From the NCBI GenBank assembly GCA_045046875.1, contig JASFYY010000036.1:1-51337 (forward strand): 51,337 bases of DNA, read 5' to 3'. The translations under genes were made by a program, and so were the position numbers. The notes below the pieces were generated by a model. That model saw only the letters and a program-made list of their open reading frames with translations, was not told where the DNA came from and made no database searches. The DNA comes from Verrucomicrobiota bacterium. Lineage in GTDB: Bacteria > Verrucomicrobiota > Verrucomicrobiia > Verrucomicrobiales > DEV007. Below are positions 18,717 to 29,542 of the stretch, piece by piece. Position 1 is the first letter of the stretch, and the number at the start of each line of letters is the position of its first letter.

Positions 18717-21029
18717 CTAAGGAACATCCACTTCAAAAACAATTTCCTCATTGGGAGTGAACAGCAAAGCGTCCTCCCCATCCAATATCCCATCCCCATC
18801 AGCATCCTCCTCACTCGCACGATTAAAAGTAAAATGCTGCCACCCCCCGGCCCGGACTTTATCCCACACCCGCTGACAAAATTCCCCACGGCTTTCTGTT
18901 TTCAGCTCAAAACCCTGCTCCCCACCACTGCGTTGCAAAACCTCTTGCATCCACTTTTTCTGCGCCCCCTTGTCCGCTTCGAAATCAACTTCCCTGGCAC
19001 CGATTGGCAAAACCCCGAGCGCCGCCAAACGATTGATCGCAACAAAGTTCGCATGATCCACCGGCAAATCACGAAAAGGCCAAATCAAAGCCGGCACACT
19101 CCCTTCTCGGTGCCCGCACAGTTCATCCCTGATCTGCTCCAAGCGGGCGCGATCATAAGGGATCTGACGCGGCCTTACCTTCTCGCGCAAAGCCACCACC
19201 GCCGTCGCCCCAGCCGCCTGGCCTATCTGAATCCGCTGATCGTGCAAGCGGATCGCGGCACTGACAATACTACTGTAACCAACATTTCCCTGCGCCCCGA
19301 GCAAAGCATCCACCTTCTGCGGAATCAAACTGCGCAGCGGAAACACTGAACGATCGCTCATAAAGCTGGTGTGGCGGTTTTTTTTATGAAAATCAATCCA
19401 TGGCCCGCTTGCCCCCTCCTCCTTCAGATAAGTGCGCCCGGTGCGATGGAAATCATAATGAAACTGCCACGGGAACAGAGCGTCGGGATACATCACATGG
19501 GCAAAACGCTCCCTGGCGTTTTTTTTGGTTTCGCCATCCCGGTTGCGACCATCCTGTTCGCGCATCATATACATCGCCTTCAAGCGCAAACCCTCCCGGA
19601 TATAGGGTTTCGGAGGCAGATTGTCCTCACTACCAAACTCACCACTGAGATGAAAATCACGGAAACTGTTGGTCTTGTCCGCTGCACGCTGATGAACAAA
19701 ATTTTGCAGATGGTAAAACATTCCCAAAGAATGCCGCTTGGCATCGGCAAAAATAATCTCCCGCTGCGCCCGTGACATCTCAACAATGTTTTTTTGCGAT
19801 GCCCCGGTTTCAGTTTTTTCCAAAGCATCAGCCACCGCTTGCGGCAACCGCTCCAAAGGGTAGTCCTGCCCATTCATGTAAGCCAACAAAATGGACGTCT
19901 TACCATCCTTACTGCTATACCCATCTACAATACGACGAACGTTGTAAACACTCAGTTGACGCTTTGACTCCTCTCCCGCTGCAGGCCAATGCGGAATAGA
20001 GCCTGCCCCCGGATTAGGCACATCCCACTTAAGATTGGCAAAAGCCTTGCGACTGAAACCAGTGGCGCGCGGGTAATTGCGATCATCAAAATGTGCAGGT
20101 TTGGCAATCGCGGTCTCACCTTCAGACTGCTCGACAATCATCGTCCAAGTGATCGGATTCATCTCATTGCGCGGATTTTTCAACAAATCCACTGGAGCGC
20201 TTGCTTCGCCATAACGACTGGCAGGATCCGGCCCACATTCATAAGCCACTCCTGCCACTTGAATCACCTCGCCCCAATCCGAAGCGTCTATCGTCAGTCG
20301 CGCCCGCACTCGCAGGCTTTCTTCGACTTTCCCCACCCCTGCAAAACCGACACTTTTCAATTTCGAATCCTCCACCTCTGCCGCCACTGGATAATGCCCC
20401 CACACCACCTGGATCCGGCCGGACTCCACATAGGGATCAATCATCGCGCGAAACACCGCTTCCGCTTCTGCCGGACGGAAAGTCGAAGGCCCGTGGTAAG
20501 GCTTGCCCGGCATCGGCGAACCATATTTTTCCGTATTTTTCCGCTCAATCCGATCCATCAATTCCTTAAACAAACCAGAACGATGAAAAGCCCGTTTCAT
20601 CGGATGCCAATCCACTCCCCAACCCACTTTGCCCACCCCTTTATTTTCATCCACACAAGCCAGAGCCTGCTCGGTGAACTGCCCGCCATACCACTGACCG
20701 TCATGCACCAGAGTTATCGATTTCACTCCCCCACGTGCCGCTTGAATCGCCGCCGCCCAACCGGATTCAGTCGCTCCGACAATGAGCAGGTCTGTGCTGA
20801 TTTCCTTCTCTTCAGCAAAAACTGACGATCCTGTGAAACTCAATAACAACACCCAACTCAAAATCACCCGCAACACAGCAGGGAGGGCTTTGACGACCGT
20901 CTGCCTTCGGATCCTGTCCGGCACGGCATGATCCAATAGCGAACTAGAAAGTCCGTTCTCTTTTACCTGCATCTCACTCAATTCATCCATCATACATTCC
21001 AAATTAAAAATTCTCATCACAGCAGTCAA
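18717..21029 (-). CDS. Exported FAD-dependent oxidoreductase (FAD_oxidored family)
   Basis: LIVGATESGWAAAIQAAR dinucleotide motif, TIDASDWGE, PYIREGLRL, FPLRSLIP, GQAAG; SLH-like segment and DADGDGILD tail; true start probably downstream of 21029 (signal peptide ends VFA). Confidence 0.85.
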   Translation of the reverse strand: MTAVMRIFNLECMMDELSEMQVKENGLSSSLLDHAVPDRIRRQTVVKALPAVLRVILSWVLLLSFTGSSVFAEEKEISTDLLIVGATESGWAAAIQAARGGVKSITLVHDGQWYGGQFTEQALACVDENKGVGKVGWGVDWHPMKRAFHRSGLFKELMDRIERKNTEKYGSPMPGKPYHGPSTFRPAEAEAVFRAMIDPYVESGRIQVVWGHYPVAAEVEDSKLKSVGFAGVGKVEESLRVRARLTIDASDWGEVIQVAGVAYECGPDPASRYGEASAPVDLLKNPRNEMNPITWTMIVEQSEGETAIAKPAHFDDRNYPRATGFSRKAFANLKWDVPNPGAGSIPHWPAAGEESKRQLSVYNVRRIVDGYSSKDGKTSILLAYMNGQDYPLERLPQAVADALEKTETGASQKNIVEMSRAQREIIFADAKRHSLGMFYHLQNFVHQRAADKTNSFRDFHLSGEFGSEDNLPPKPYIREGLRLKAMYMMREQDGRNRDGETKKNARERFAHVMYPDALFPWQFHYDFHRTGRTYLKEEGASGPWIDFHKKNRHTSFMSDRSVFPLRSLIPQKVDALLGAQGNVGYSSIVSAAIRLHDQRIQIGQAAGATAVVALREKVRPRQIPYDRARLEQIRDELCGHREGSVPALIWPFRDLPVDHANFVAINRLAALGVLPIGAREVDFEADKGAQKKWMQEVLQRSGGEQGFELKTESRGEFCQRVWDKVRAGGWQHFTFNRASEEDADGDGILDGEDALLFTPNEEIVFEVDVP

Positions 21030-21197
21030 TCCCCTTGCCCTTTTACTTCAAATTTCACATGATAACGATCAATTACAAATTCAGCTTTAAAACGAAGCCT
21101 CTTTCTCAATATGCCGATTTTTTACAAAAAATTGCGTTTATCCTCCAAGTGAACGAGCTTTTCATATGGATAAGTAGAATGCCTACTGAAACCTTAA

Positions 21198-24100
21198 ATG
21201 ATCTACCCTGCTGTGAAGTCCCTGTCCCCTCTACTCAAACTCGTCTCGATTACTGCAATTAGCCTTATATCGAACTCCACTCTCACTGCAGCCGAAACCA
21301 AAATCGAATTTAATCGCGACATCAGGCCGATTCTGTCCGAAACCTGCTTCCGCTGTCACGGCCCCGACAAAGAAAGCCGCGAAGCCGACCTGCGTCTCGA
21401 CCTACCGGATGCGGCTTACGCCAATGTCGATGGCCACATCGCCATCGTACCTGGTGATCCGGCAAAAAGCCTCGCCTGGCAGCGCATCATCACTGCCGAC
21501 GACGATGAATTGATGCCCCCACCAGATTCACATCTGAAAATCAAACCCGAGGAAAAAGCCCTGCTTAAACGCTGGATCGAACAAGGTGCCCATTATCAGG
21601 GACACTGGTCTTTCATCGCACCCGAACAAGCGCCTCTGCCACCATCCAAATCAACCTGGCCAAAAAATGAAATCGACCAATGGGTGCTCAAGAGACTGGA
21701 GGATAATAAACTCAAACCCGCCAAGCCAGCCACTCGCCGCCAACTGATCCGCCGCCTGTCTTTCGACCTCACCGGCCTGCCCCCCAGCAGCAAGGAAGTG
21801 CATGCTTTTGTCGAAGACCAGGATCCCAAAGCTTATGAAAAACTGGTCGACCACTTGCTCGCTTCACGACACTTCGGTGAGCGCATGGCCGTGCCCTGGC
21901 TCGATCAGGCTCGTTACGCAGACACCAACGGTTACTCCATCGACGGCGGACGCCACATGGCGCTATGGCGTGACTGGGTGATCCATGCCTACAACAACAA
22001 CAAACCCTTTGACCAATTCACCATCGAGCAGCTGGCCGGCGATCTACTGCCCAATGCAAGCCTCCAGCAAATTGTTGCTTCTGGTTTCAACCGCAACCAC
22101 ATGATCACTCATGAAGGCGGCACTATTCCACTCGAAAATCTGACCAACTACGCCGTTGACCGTGTGAACACCACCTCCCAAGTCTGGCTGGGACTGACCA
22201 TGGCCTGCTCCCAATGTCACGATCACAAATTTGATCCGCTTACCATGGTGGACTACTACCGTATGTTCGCCTATTTCAATACCCTCGATGACAAAGGCAA
22301 TGACGGCAACGGCGGCATCAACGCCCGCCCCACTGTCAAAGCCCTGTCCGTTTTAAGTTCAGACAGTGAGCTAAAAGAACTGCAACAAGAACTCGACAAA
22401 TTGCATCAACAGCTCAAAAGCTCCAATGCAGGTCAAACAGCATGGGAAAAAACCACTCGTAAAAAACTGGCGGCACGAGGAAAAAATCTTAAACTTCATC
22501 CACTGAAAATCCTATCAGTCTCCATCCCCAACCGGGGCAATAAATTCACCATTCGAGACGATAAACTAATTGATTTCGAAAGTGCCGGCGGCAGCGCCCA
22601 CTCCGTATCCGCCCAGATCCCCGCTTCGATCAAACAAGCCATCAGCGGATTGCGCATCGAGTTCCTGCCCGAGCCCAAGTCACCACAGAAACGTAGCGGT
22701 TTTGGGAAAAAGGGTTTCGAAGGCAGTTTCATTCTCACCGGTTTTTCCCTCTCCGCCACCAGCATCGCCTCCGCCCAAACCGATCTGTATGGCCTGGTTG
22801 ATATCCGTGAAGCCACCGCAAGCTTTTCCAATCCAAAATACCCCGCCAACGATTGCCTGGACGAACACAACAGCAACGGCTGGTCCCCCTACCCCGGGGA
22901 TATGCGACCGCAACATCTGACCTTTAATTTCAACCAACCGCTCGACGCCCAAAAAACCCCTTACCTCACCACCCTGATGAACTGGGGCGGCGGAGAATTC
23001 AGTATGTCTGATCGTCTGATCGCCCGCAAATACCGCATGTATGCCATCACCGGTCAGGACGACGAAACAAATGTGCCCAAGGAAATACAGGGCATCCTAG
23101 CTTCTTCCCAACGCAATGCGGAACAAAAACAAAAGCTTTCTGCTTATTATACCCAACACGCACCCGAACTCGCCAACCTGCGCTACCTCATCGGCAATCT
23201 CGAGGATCGCATCGACTACCTCAACCACCCCCAGTCCAGCCTGGTGATGAATACCGCCAGCAAACCACGGGAGACCTTCATGCTGGTGCGCGGCCAATAC
23301 GATCAACGCACCAAAAAAGTCACCCCCGGCACTCCGGGTGCATTACCGCCCCTGGCAAAAGGCGCTCCCGACAACCGGCTAGGTTTCGCCCAGTGGCTGG
23401 TTCAGCCCAACCATCCCCTGACCGCTCGGGTAGCGGTGAACCGATTATGGCAGAACTTGTTTAGCACTGGCATCGTCGCTTCATCAGGAGATTTCGGCTC
23501 CCAGGGGTCTTGGCCATCGCATCCTCGACTGCTCGATTGGCTGGCAGTTGACTTCATCAAAAGCGGATGGGATACCAAAGCTCTGATCCGCAAAATCGTG
23601 CTCTCCAATACCTACCAACAAAGCTCGGTCAGCACAGCAGCGCAAATCGACAGCGATCCGAAAAACCGCCTGCTTGCCCGCGGCCCACGGTTCCGCCTGC
23701 AAGCCGAGTTCATTCGCGACTCGGCGCTAAAAATCAGCCATCTGCTATCCCCGCGCATCGGCGGCCCCAGCGTATCTCCCTATCAACCCCCCAGCCTATG
23801 GAAAGAAGTCAGCCACTACGGCAGCAGCCCCGCCACCGCCCAGGTCTTCATCCAGGGCCATGGTGAACATCTCTATCGCCGCAGCCTCTACACCTATTGG
23901 AAACGCACCGTGCCACCTCCGTCGATGCTCAGCTTCGACGCTCCCAACCGCGAAACCTGCACCGTCAGCCGGGCGACCACCAATACCCCGCTGCAAGCCT
24001 TGGTTTTATTAAATGACCCGCAGTTTGTCGAAGCCTCACGCGCTTTTGCTCGTCGTATCCTGACTGAAGCGCCAAAAAACACCGATGCCCGCATTGTTTT

Positions 24101-24332
24101 TGCATTCGAAGAGTGCACCTCGCGCCTGCCGAGTAAAAACGAACTCAATATCATTCGCAACACTTTGAAACGCGAACAAAACCACTACGCCGCGCAACCC
24201 GATTCTGCCACCGCCTTCATCGCAATCGGTGAATCCCAGCCCTCAAAAAACATCAAACCCGCCGAACACGCCGCCTGGACCACCGTCGCCAGCCTCATCA
24301 TGAACCTAAGCGAAACCCTAACCAGAGAATAA
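21198..24332 (+). CDS. Planctomycete cytochrome c (PSCyt1) + DUF1549 + DUF1553 domain protein
   Basis: FNRDIRPILSETCFRCHG and CSQCHDHKFDP haem motifs; RRLSFDLTGLPP, WLDQARYADT, HPLTARVAVNR, TNTPLQAL. Confidence 0.95.
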   Translation: MIYPAVKSLSPLLKLVSITAISLISNSTLTAAETKIEFNRDIRPILSETCFRCHGPDKESREADLRLDLPDAAYANVDGHIAIVPGDPAKSLAWQRIITADDDELMPPPDSHLKIKPEEKALLKRWIEQGAHYQGHWSFIAPEQAPLPPSKSTWPKNEIDQWVLKRLEDNKLKPAKPATRRQLIRRLSFDLTGLPPSSKEVHAFVEDQDPKAYEKLVDHLLASRHFGERMAVPWLDQARYADTNGYSIDGGRHMALWRDWVIHAYNNNKPFDQFTIEQLAGDLLPNASLQQIVASGFNRNHMITHEGGTIPLENLTNYAVDRVNTTSQVWLGLTMACSQCHDHKFDPLTMVDYYRMFAYFNTLDDKGNDGNGGINARPTVKALSVLSSDSELKELQQELDKLHQQLKSSNAGQTAWEKTTRKKLAARGKNLKLHPLKILSVSIPNRGNKFTIRDDKLIDFESAGGSAHSVSAQIPASIKQAISGLRIEFLPEPKSPQKRSGFGKKGFEGSFILTGFSLSATSIASAQTDLYGLVDIREATASFSNPKYPANDCLDEHNSNGWSPYPGDMRPQHLTFNFNQPLDAQKTPYLTTLMNWGGGEFSMSDRLIARKYRMYAITGQDDETNVPKEIQGILASSQRNAEQKQKLSAYYTQHAPELANLRYLIGNLEDRIDYLNHPQSSLVMNTASKPRETFMLVRGQYDQRTKKVTPGTPGALPPLAKGAPDNRLGFAQWLVQPNHPLTARVAVNRLWQNLFSTGIVASSGDFGSQGSWPSHPRLLDWLAVDFIKSGWDTKALIRKIVLSNTYQQSSVSTAAQIDSDPKNRLLARGPRFRLQAEFIRDSALKISHLLSPRIGGPSVSPYQPPSLWKEVSHYGSSPATAQVFIQGHGEHLYRRSLYTYWKRTVPPPSMLSFDAPNRETCTVSRATTNTPLQALVLLNDPQFVEASRAFARRILTEAPKNTDARIVFAFEECTSRLPSKNELNIIRNTLKREQNHYAAQPDSATAFIAIGESQPSKNIKPAEHAAWTTVASLIMNLSETLTRE

Positions 24333-24422
24333 ACCCTCAATTCGCCTTCGAATAGTATCCTCCGGCTGTCTCCACTACGCTCCGGCTCAAATGTCAAAAA
24401 AAATCTATTTTTTTAATTTCTT

Positions 24423-24451
24423 ATCCGCGTTCATCCGCGTTATCCGCGGTT
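24423..24451. repeat. Intergenic ~10-nt-period repeat (GC-richer ATCCGCG variant)
   Basis: atccgcgttc atccgcgtt atccgcggtt. Confidence 0.7.
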
Positions 24452-24497
24452 AAATTCTTCCCTTCTTACATTATAAAATAGCCTCAAACCTGAACCT

Positions 24498-25997
24498 ATG
24501 AACCCATTCCTCGACCACAGTCGCCAAATCAACCGGCGCCATTTTTTCAGCCGCAGTGCCACTGGAATCGGGCAGGCCGCCCTCGGCAGTCTCTTGTTCC
24601 CCAGCCTTTTCCCCGGCTCCGCCCAGGCATCTAAAACCACATCGCCGCCAACTGCTGGCGCCGTTCCAGGATCCACCGGCCTGCCCGGATTCCCCAACTT
24701 CCCCAGCACTGCCAAACGGGTGATCTACCTGTTCCAATCCGGCGGCCCCTCCCATGTCGATCTTTTTGACTACAAACCCGAACTGATGCGGCTCAATGGA
24801 ACCAACGTCCCCCCCTCCGTGCTCGGCAACCAACGGGTCACCGGCATGACCGCCAGTCAAAAAAACTACCCCACCATGGCTCCGCTGTGGGGAATGAAAC
24901 GCTGCGGCCAACACGGCACCTACATCAGCGATCTGTTGCCCCACACCCAGAGCATCGCCGACGACATCACCATTGTGCGTTCACTGCACACCGAGGCGAT
25001 CAACCACGACCCGGCGATGACTTTTATCAATACCGGCAGCCAGCAACTCGGCCACGCCAGCCTGGGTTCCTGGTTGAGCTATGGGCTCGGCAGCGAAAAC
25101 AGCAACCTGCCCGCTTACATGGTTCTATTATCCCAGGGCACCGGAAAAAATCCCGGCCAACCTTTGTTTTCCCGTCTGTGGGGCAATGGCTATCTGCCGT
25201 CGAGCCATCAAGGCGTGCAACTGCGCCCCGGATCGAGCCCGGTTCTTTACCTGGCCAATCCCAAAGGCGTAAGCCCCAAACAACGTCGTCGCCTGCTCGA
25301 CGACCTCGAAAAACTCAACCAACAACACGCTGCCCAAGTCGGCGATCCGGAAATCCAGGCGCGCATCGACTCCTACGAAATGGCCTACCGCATGCAGACC
25401 TCGGTGCCGGATCTGACCGACTTCAGCGACGAACCCCAACACGTGCTCGACCTCTACGGCCCCGAAGTCGCCAAACCCGGCAGTTATGCCGCCAACTGCC
25501 TGATGGCTCGACGCATGGCTGAGCGCGGAGTGCGCTTCATTCAGCTCTTTCATCGCGGCTGGGATCAGCACGTCCGCATCCGCGATCAATTCCCCCACCA
25601 GTGCAAAGACACCGATCAAGGCTCCGCCGCCCTGATCAAAGACCTCAAAATGCGCGGACTGTTAGAGGACACCCTCGTCATCTGGGGCGGCGAATTCGGG
25701 CGCACCGTTTTCAGTCAAGGCAAACTCGACGACCCGACTTCCGGACGTGACCACCACGGACGCTGTTTCAGCATCTGGATGGCCGGTGGCGGAGTCAAAG
25801 CAGGCTTCGATTACGGACGCACCGACGATCATTGTTACAACATTGTCGAAAATCCAATGCACATCCGTGATTTGAATGCCACACTGCTGCATACCCTCGG
25901 CATCGATCACGAACGCCTGAGCTATAAATTCAACGGCCTCGACGCACGCCTGACCGGCGTGGAACCCGCCAAGGCCATTACCGAAATACTAACTTAA
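24498..25997 (+). CDS. DUF1501 domain protein (Tat-exported, sulfatase/alkaline phosphatase-like fold)
   Basis: NRRHFF Tat motif; [41 protein letters not shown]; usual position after DUF1553. Confidence 0.95.
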   Translation: MNPFLDHSRQINRRHFFSRSATGIGQAALGSLLFPSLFPGSAQASKTTSPPTAGAVPGSTGLPGFPNFPSTAKRVIYLFQSGGPSHVDLFDYKPELMRLNGTNVPPSVLGNQRVTGMTASQKNYPTMAPLWGMKRCGQHGTYISDLLPHTQSIADDITIVRSLHTEAINHDPAMTFINTGSQQLGHASLGSWLSYGLGSENSNLPAYMVLLSQGTGKNPGQPLFSRLWGNGYLPSSHQGVQLRPGSSPVLYLANPKGVSPKQRRRLLDDLEKLNQQHAAQVGDPEIQARIDSYEMAYRMQTSVPDLTDFSDEPQHVLDLYGPEVAKPGSYAANCLMARRMAERGVRFIQLFHRGWDQHVRIRDQFPHQCKDTDQGSAALIKDLKMRGLLEDTLVIWGGEFGRTVFSQGKLDDPTSGRDHHGRCFSIWMAGGGVKAGFDYGRTDDHCYNIVENPMHIRDLNATLLHTLGIDHERLSYKFNGLDARLTGVEPAKAITEILT

Positions 25998-26007
25998 ATC
26001 ACTACTC

Positions 26008-27426
26008 ATGTCTGCCTCGCCCCAACACTACGAATTCATCGTCATCGGAGGGGGCAGCGCGGGATACGCCGCCGCCCGCACCGCGGCCAATGATTTTGAT
26101 CTCAAAACCGCCGTCATCGATGGCGCGGATAAACTGAGTGGACTCTGCATCCTGCGCGGCTGCATGCCGAGCAAAGCCCTGATCGAATCCTCCAACCGCA
26201 GCCGCGACATCCGCGAAGCCGCTGAGTTCGGTTTGATCAGCGATGTCCCGCAAGTTGACCTACCTGCCATCATTCAACGCAAAAACCGCTTGATCGATGA
26301 CTTTGCCAGCTACCGCAGCGAACAACTCGAAAACGGCAACTTTGATTTGATCCGGGGCAGCGCAAGTTTTGTCGATGAACACAGCTTGCAGGTGCAGCTC
26401 AAAGATTCGGATGAGACCATCACAATCACCGCCGACACCATTTGCATCGCCACCGGCTCCCACATCGATGTCATCAAACTGCCAGGGCTCACCGAAAGCG
26501 GTTTCCTCACCAGTGACGACATTCTCGAAGCTGAAAGCTTGCCCGATAGCATCACCGTTTTAGGCGGCGGCGCCATCGCCCTGGAAATGGCTTGTTACCT
26601 CGAAGGCATTGGCAAAAAAGTCACCATCATTCAACGCAGCGGCCAGGTCTTGCGCGGTTGCGATGCCGATGTGGCCCAGGCCCTCGAAGCTGGCATGACC
26701 TCCCGTGGCATCAAAGTCCACACCGGAACCGGCCTGCGCCGGGTAGAGATCCGCGACGGAAAAAAAGTAGTCCACTATGAACAAGCCGGACAAAATAAAG
26801 AAGTCGCCAGTGACGAAATCCTCTACGCCCTCGGCCGCGCCCCCAATACCCAATCCCTGAACCTCGAAGCCATCGGCCTCGAAATGAGAGGGCGCCACAT
26901 CGCCGCCAATTCGTCAATGGCCACCTCCATAGCTCACATTTTTACCGCCGGTGATGTCACCGGCCCGCACGAAATCGTCCACATCGCCATCGAACAAGGT
27001 GAAATCCTCGCTCAAAACGCAGCGATCTTATTAGGCAAATCCACTAAAAAGACTCGCCATATCGACTACCGGCTCAAGCTATACGGCGTTTTTTCCACTC
27101 CCGAAGTCGCCTGGGTTGGTTTGACCAGTGATGAAGCCGTCAATCAGGAAATCGACTTCTCTTGTGCCTCCTACCCATTCAACGATCACGGCAAATCCAT
27201 GATCATGAACGAAATGCACGGCTTTGTAAAGTTAATCAAAAATAATGCCACCGACCAGATTATCGGTGGTGTGGTGGTCGGTCCGGAAGCCGTCGACCTG
27301 ATTCATGAAATCGTCGTCGCCATGCACTTCAAGTCCACCGCAGCGCAATTAGCCGCCATCCCTCACTACCACCCCACCCTCAGCGAAATCTGGACCTATC
27401 CCGCGGAAGAACTGGCAGAACTGTAA
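26008..27426 (+). CDS. Class I pyridine nucleotide-disulfide oxidoreductase (dihydrolipoamide dehydrogenase family)
   Basis: GGGSAG, CILRGCMPSK redox disulfide, GGGAIALE, TAGD, HPTLSE. Confidence 0.92.
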   Translation: MSASPQHYEFIVIGGGSAGYAAARTAANDFDLKTAVIDGADKLSGLCILRGCMPSKALIESSNRSRDIREAAEFGLISDVPQVDLPAIIQRKNRLIDDFASYRSEQLENGNFDLIRGSASFVDEHSLQVQLKDSDETITITADTICIATGSHIDVIKLPGLTESGFLTSDDILEAESLPDSITVLGGGAIALEMACYLEGIGKKVTIIQRSGQVLRGCDADVAQALEAGMTSRGIKVHTGTGLRRVEIRDGKKVVHYEQAGQNKEVASDEILYALGRAPNTQSLNLEAIGLEMRGRHIAANSSMATSIAHIFTAGDVTGPHEIVHIAIEQGEILAQNAAILLGKSTKKTRHIDYRLKLYGVFSTPEVAWVGLTSDEAVNQEIDFSCASYPFNDHGKSMIMNEMHGFVKLIKNNATDQIIGGVVVGPEAVDLIHEIVVAMHFKSTAAQLAAIPHYHPTLSEIWTYPAEELAEL

Positions 27427-27607
27427 AAACGAGCTTTTTTTCAGTTTTTAACCATGATTCGATTGACGTTCATGCCGCCCTTTGATTAAGTGAAGCGTGG
27501 CCTTAAAACAAATCATCAATCAATCTTCGCCGACGGATCCGGTTCCCGTAGAACCCAACCCCCATCCCGCCGACAATCTCACTACATCCAGACTATCTGC
27601 CAGTAAT

Positions 27608-28003
27608 ATGAGCAAAAACATTCTTTCCAGCGACGTTGAAATCAAAGGAACTCTCAAATTTTCAAATGATTTGATCATTGATGGCAAAATCGACGGTGAG
27701 GTGTCCTCAGACGGCGATCTCACCATCGGTGAAAATGCTCGGATCAAGGGTGATGTGAACACTCGTTCGGTCACTGTCTTTGGCAAAGTGACAGGCAATA
27801 TCACCGTCATTGATCGCTGTGAGTTGAAGCAGAATGCCGAACTGATCGGAGACATCAAAGCTGGAAAACTGGCCATCGAAGAAGGTGCCACTTTCATGGG
27901 ATCGTCTGCAGTAGGTGCAGCGGCCTCAAAACAGGGCTCATCTTTTGGATCTGGAAGCTCCTCGTCGAGTGACAAGGCCTCATCCGGCTCGGCAAACAAA
28001 TAG
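27608..28003 (+). CDS. Bactofilin (polymer-forming cytoskeletal protein)
   Basis: ILSSDVEIKGTL...LIIDGKIDGEV...LTIGENARIKGDV...LAIEEGATFMG beta-helix; ATG 27608 preferred over GTG 27497. Confidence 0.92.
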   Translation: MSKNILSSDVEIKGTLKFSNDLIIDGKIDGEVSSDGDLTIGENARIKGDVNTRSVTVFGKVTGNITVIDRCELKQNAELIGDIKAGKLAIEEGATFMGSSAVGAAASKQGSSFGSGSSSSSDKASSGSANK

Positions 28004-28073
28004 CTTCCAACAAACAAATCACCCATAAATCCCCCCAACCCGTAAACGGATCTTAGCTACGAAGGATACCAGC

Positions 28074-29399
28074 ATATTACAAAACGTTCGCCGCAACGAA
28101 GTCTTACTCGCCTGCCCGCACTGCGAAAAGGAACAGATCGAGCCAAATCTGGCTATCTCCACTTTCTGCCGGGCTTGCGGCAAGCATTACCAGATCGAGA
28201 ACGGCATCGCCCTTCCTCCTTTTGGAGCCAATGACCCTGGGCCAAGATTTCGTAGCACCACCACCGAAGGCAACGAGTCTGAAGATGTGGGCTTTGATAA
28301 TGCCGAACCTAGCGATCTCTCCCCTCGTAAAGCAGCAAGCCCTAGCCTACCGCCCAAACGCTCGTTTTTCGGACTCGGTCGTCTGCTGCAAAGCAATAAA
28401 AGCGAAGCTCCGGCAATTGAACCTGAAAAAAAGCCTGTGCGCTGTTTTGAATGCGGACATATCCATGAAGTCAGCGTAGCTGCCACATCCACCCAATGCG
28501 CCAGATGCAGCCTCTACATCAGCCTCGGCAACGAAGAAATTCGCGAGCAGTATTCACGCAACATCCGCACCCGTGGTGATGTGACCATTCATAAAAAAGG
28601 CTCCGTTATCGGCTGCGAAATCGCCTGCCATAACTTAACCGTGTTAGGTGGGATCTCCGGTTCTGTTGATTGCTCTGGCAATGCCACTTTCAAGAACTCT
28701 GGAAAAGTGCTGGGAAGCATGCATTGCAAACACATCATCATCGATCGCAAATGCGAGCTGGATTTTCCTCAGGGAATCATCGCTGAGTCCGCCGATATAT
28801 ACGGTGTGATCCGTGGCGACATCTTGTGCTCGGGCACCATCCATATATTCAAAACCGGATCAATTTTGGGAGATGCCACCGCCAAAGCTATCGTAATGAA
28901 AGACGGTGGAGTGCTTACTGGACAAATGAACATCCAGCATGACGCGAACATCAATTTGCCGGAAAAAGGAGCTGTCCGAACGGATCCATCGGTCCAGGAA
29001 GACTCTGCGCCGCCTAAAAAAAACAAGAAAAAAAGCCCCACGCCCACAGCTGAAAAAAAGAATCTGACTTCAGCGAAAAAAGTCAAAACTGTAGCAAAAA
29101 AGACCGACAGCTCCCAATCGACCACAACGCCAAAGCCAGAAAATAAAACAGCGCTTGACGATACGGTCAAAGAGACCAAAAAAGTCAAAAAGGAGGGTGA
29201 AGCTAAAAAAATCGCAAAAGACTCTGAAAATAAAAAGGAGGAGGAAAAGAAAAGCGAGCCAAACAAACCCAGCTCAAAAAAAACTGATCCACCGGCTGAA
29301 ATCGACAACAGTGACGCAAAATCCCAGGAAAAGACCGAAACGCTGGCTATGGACAACCCTCCCGATGAGGGTGAAGAGCCATTTCAGCTGGAAGCGTAA
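28074..29399 (+). CDS. Double zinc-ribbon + bactofilin-domain protein with Lys/Glu-rich disordered tail
   Basis: Frame is open from 28029 and encodes CPHC...CRAC upstream of the track start (28287); second ribbon CFEC...CARC; two bactofilin-like blocks; start uncertain (ATA 28074 proposed). Confidence 0.8.
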   Translation: MLQNVRRNEVLLACPHCEKEQIEPNLAISTFCRACGKHYQIENGIALPPFGANDPGPRFRSTTTEGNESEDVGFDNAEPSDLSPRKAASPSLPPKRSFFGLGRLLQSNKSEAPAIEPEKKPVRCFECGHIHEVSVAATSTQCARCSLYISLGNEEIREQYSRNIRTRGDVTIHKKGSVIGCEIACHNLTVLGGISGSVDCSGNATFKNSGKVLGSMHCKHIIIDRKCELDFPQGIIAESADIYGVIRGDILCSGTIHIFKTGSILGDATAKAIVMKDGGVLTGQMNIQHDANINLPEKGAVRTDPSVQEDSAPPKKNKKKSPTPTAEKKNLTSAKKVKTVAKKTDSSQSTTTPKPENKTALDDTVKETKKVKKEGEAKKIAKDSENKKEEEKKSEPNKPSSKKTDPPAEIDNSDAKSQEKTETLAMDNPPDEGEEPFQLEA

Positions 29400-29542
29400 C
29401 CTCCTATTTCGCCACTTTCTGTGCCCAGCCACACAAAAAAATCCCAATTCAGCGACAAGGCGGTCTCATTTGGGTCTGATAAGCACAAAAAGACGTATAT
29501 CTGCTTGTCTCAAAGCTGAAATTTGTGTTCAATCAGCCCCGA

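Noticed and set aside
26008..27426. Mercuric reductase MerA
   Set aside because: No C-terminal Cys-Cys pair or NmerA domain, retains HPTLSE, and no mer genes nearby
27463..27491. Sigma-70 promoter (TTGACG-17-TTAAGT) for the bactofilin cluster; similar weak candidates near 3155 and 46202
   Set aside because: -10 matches too poor to support without transcript data
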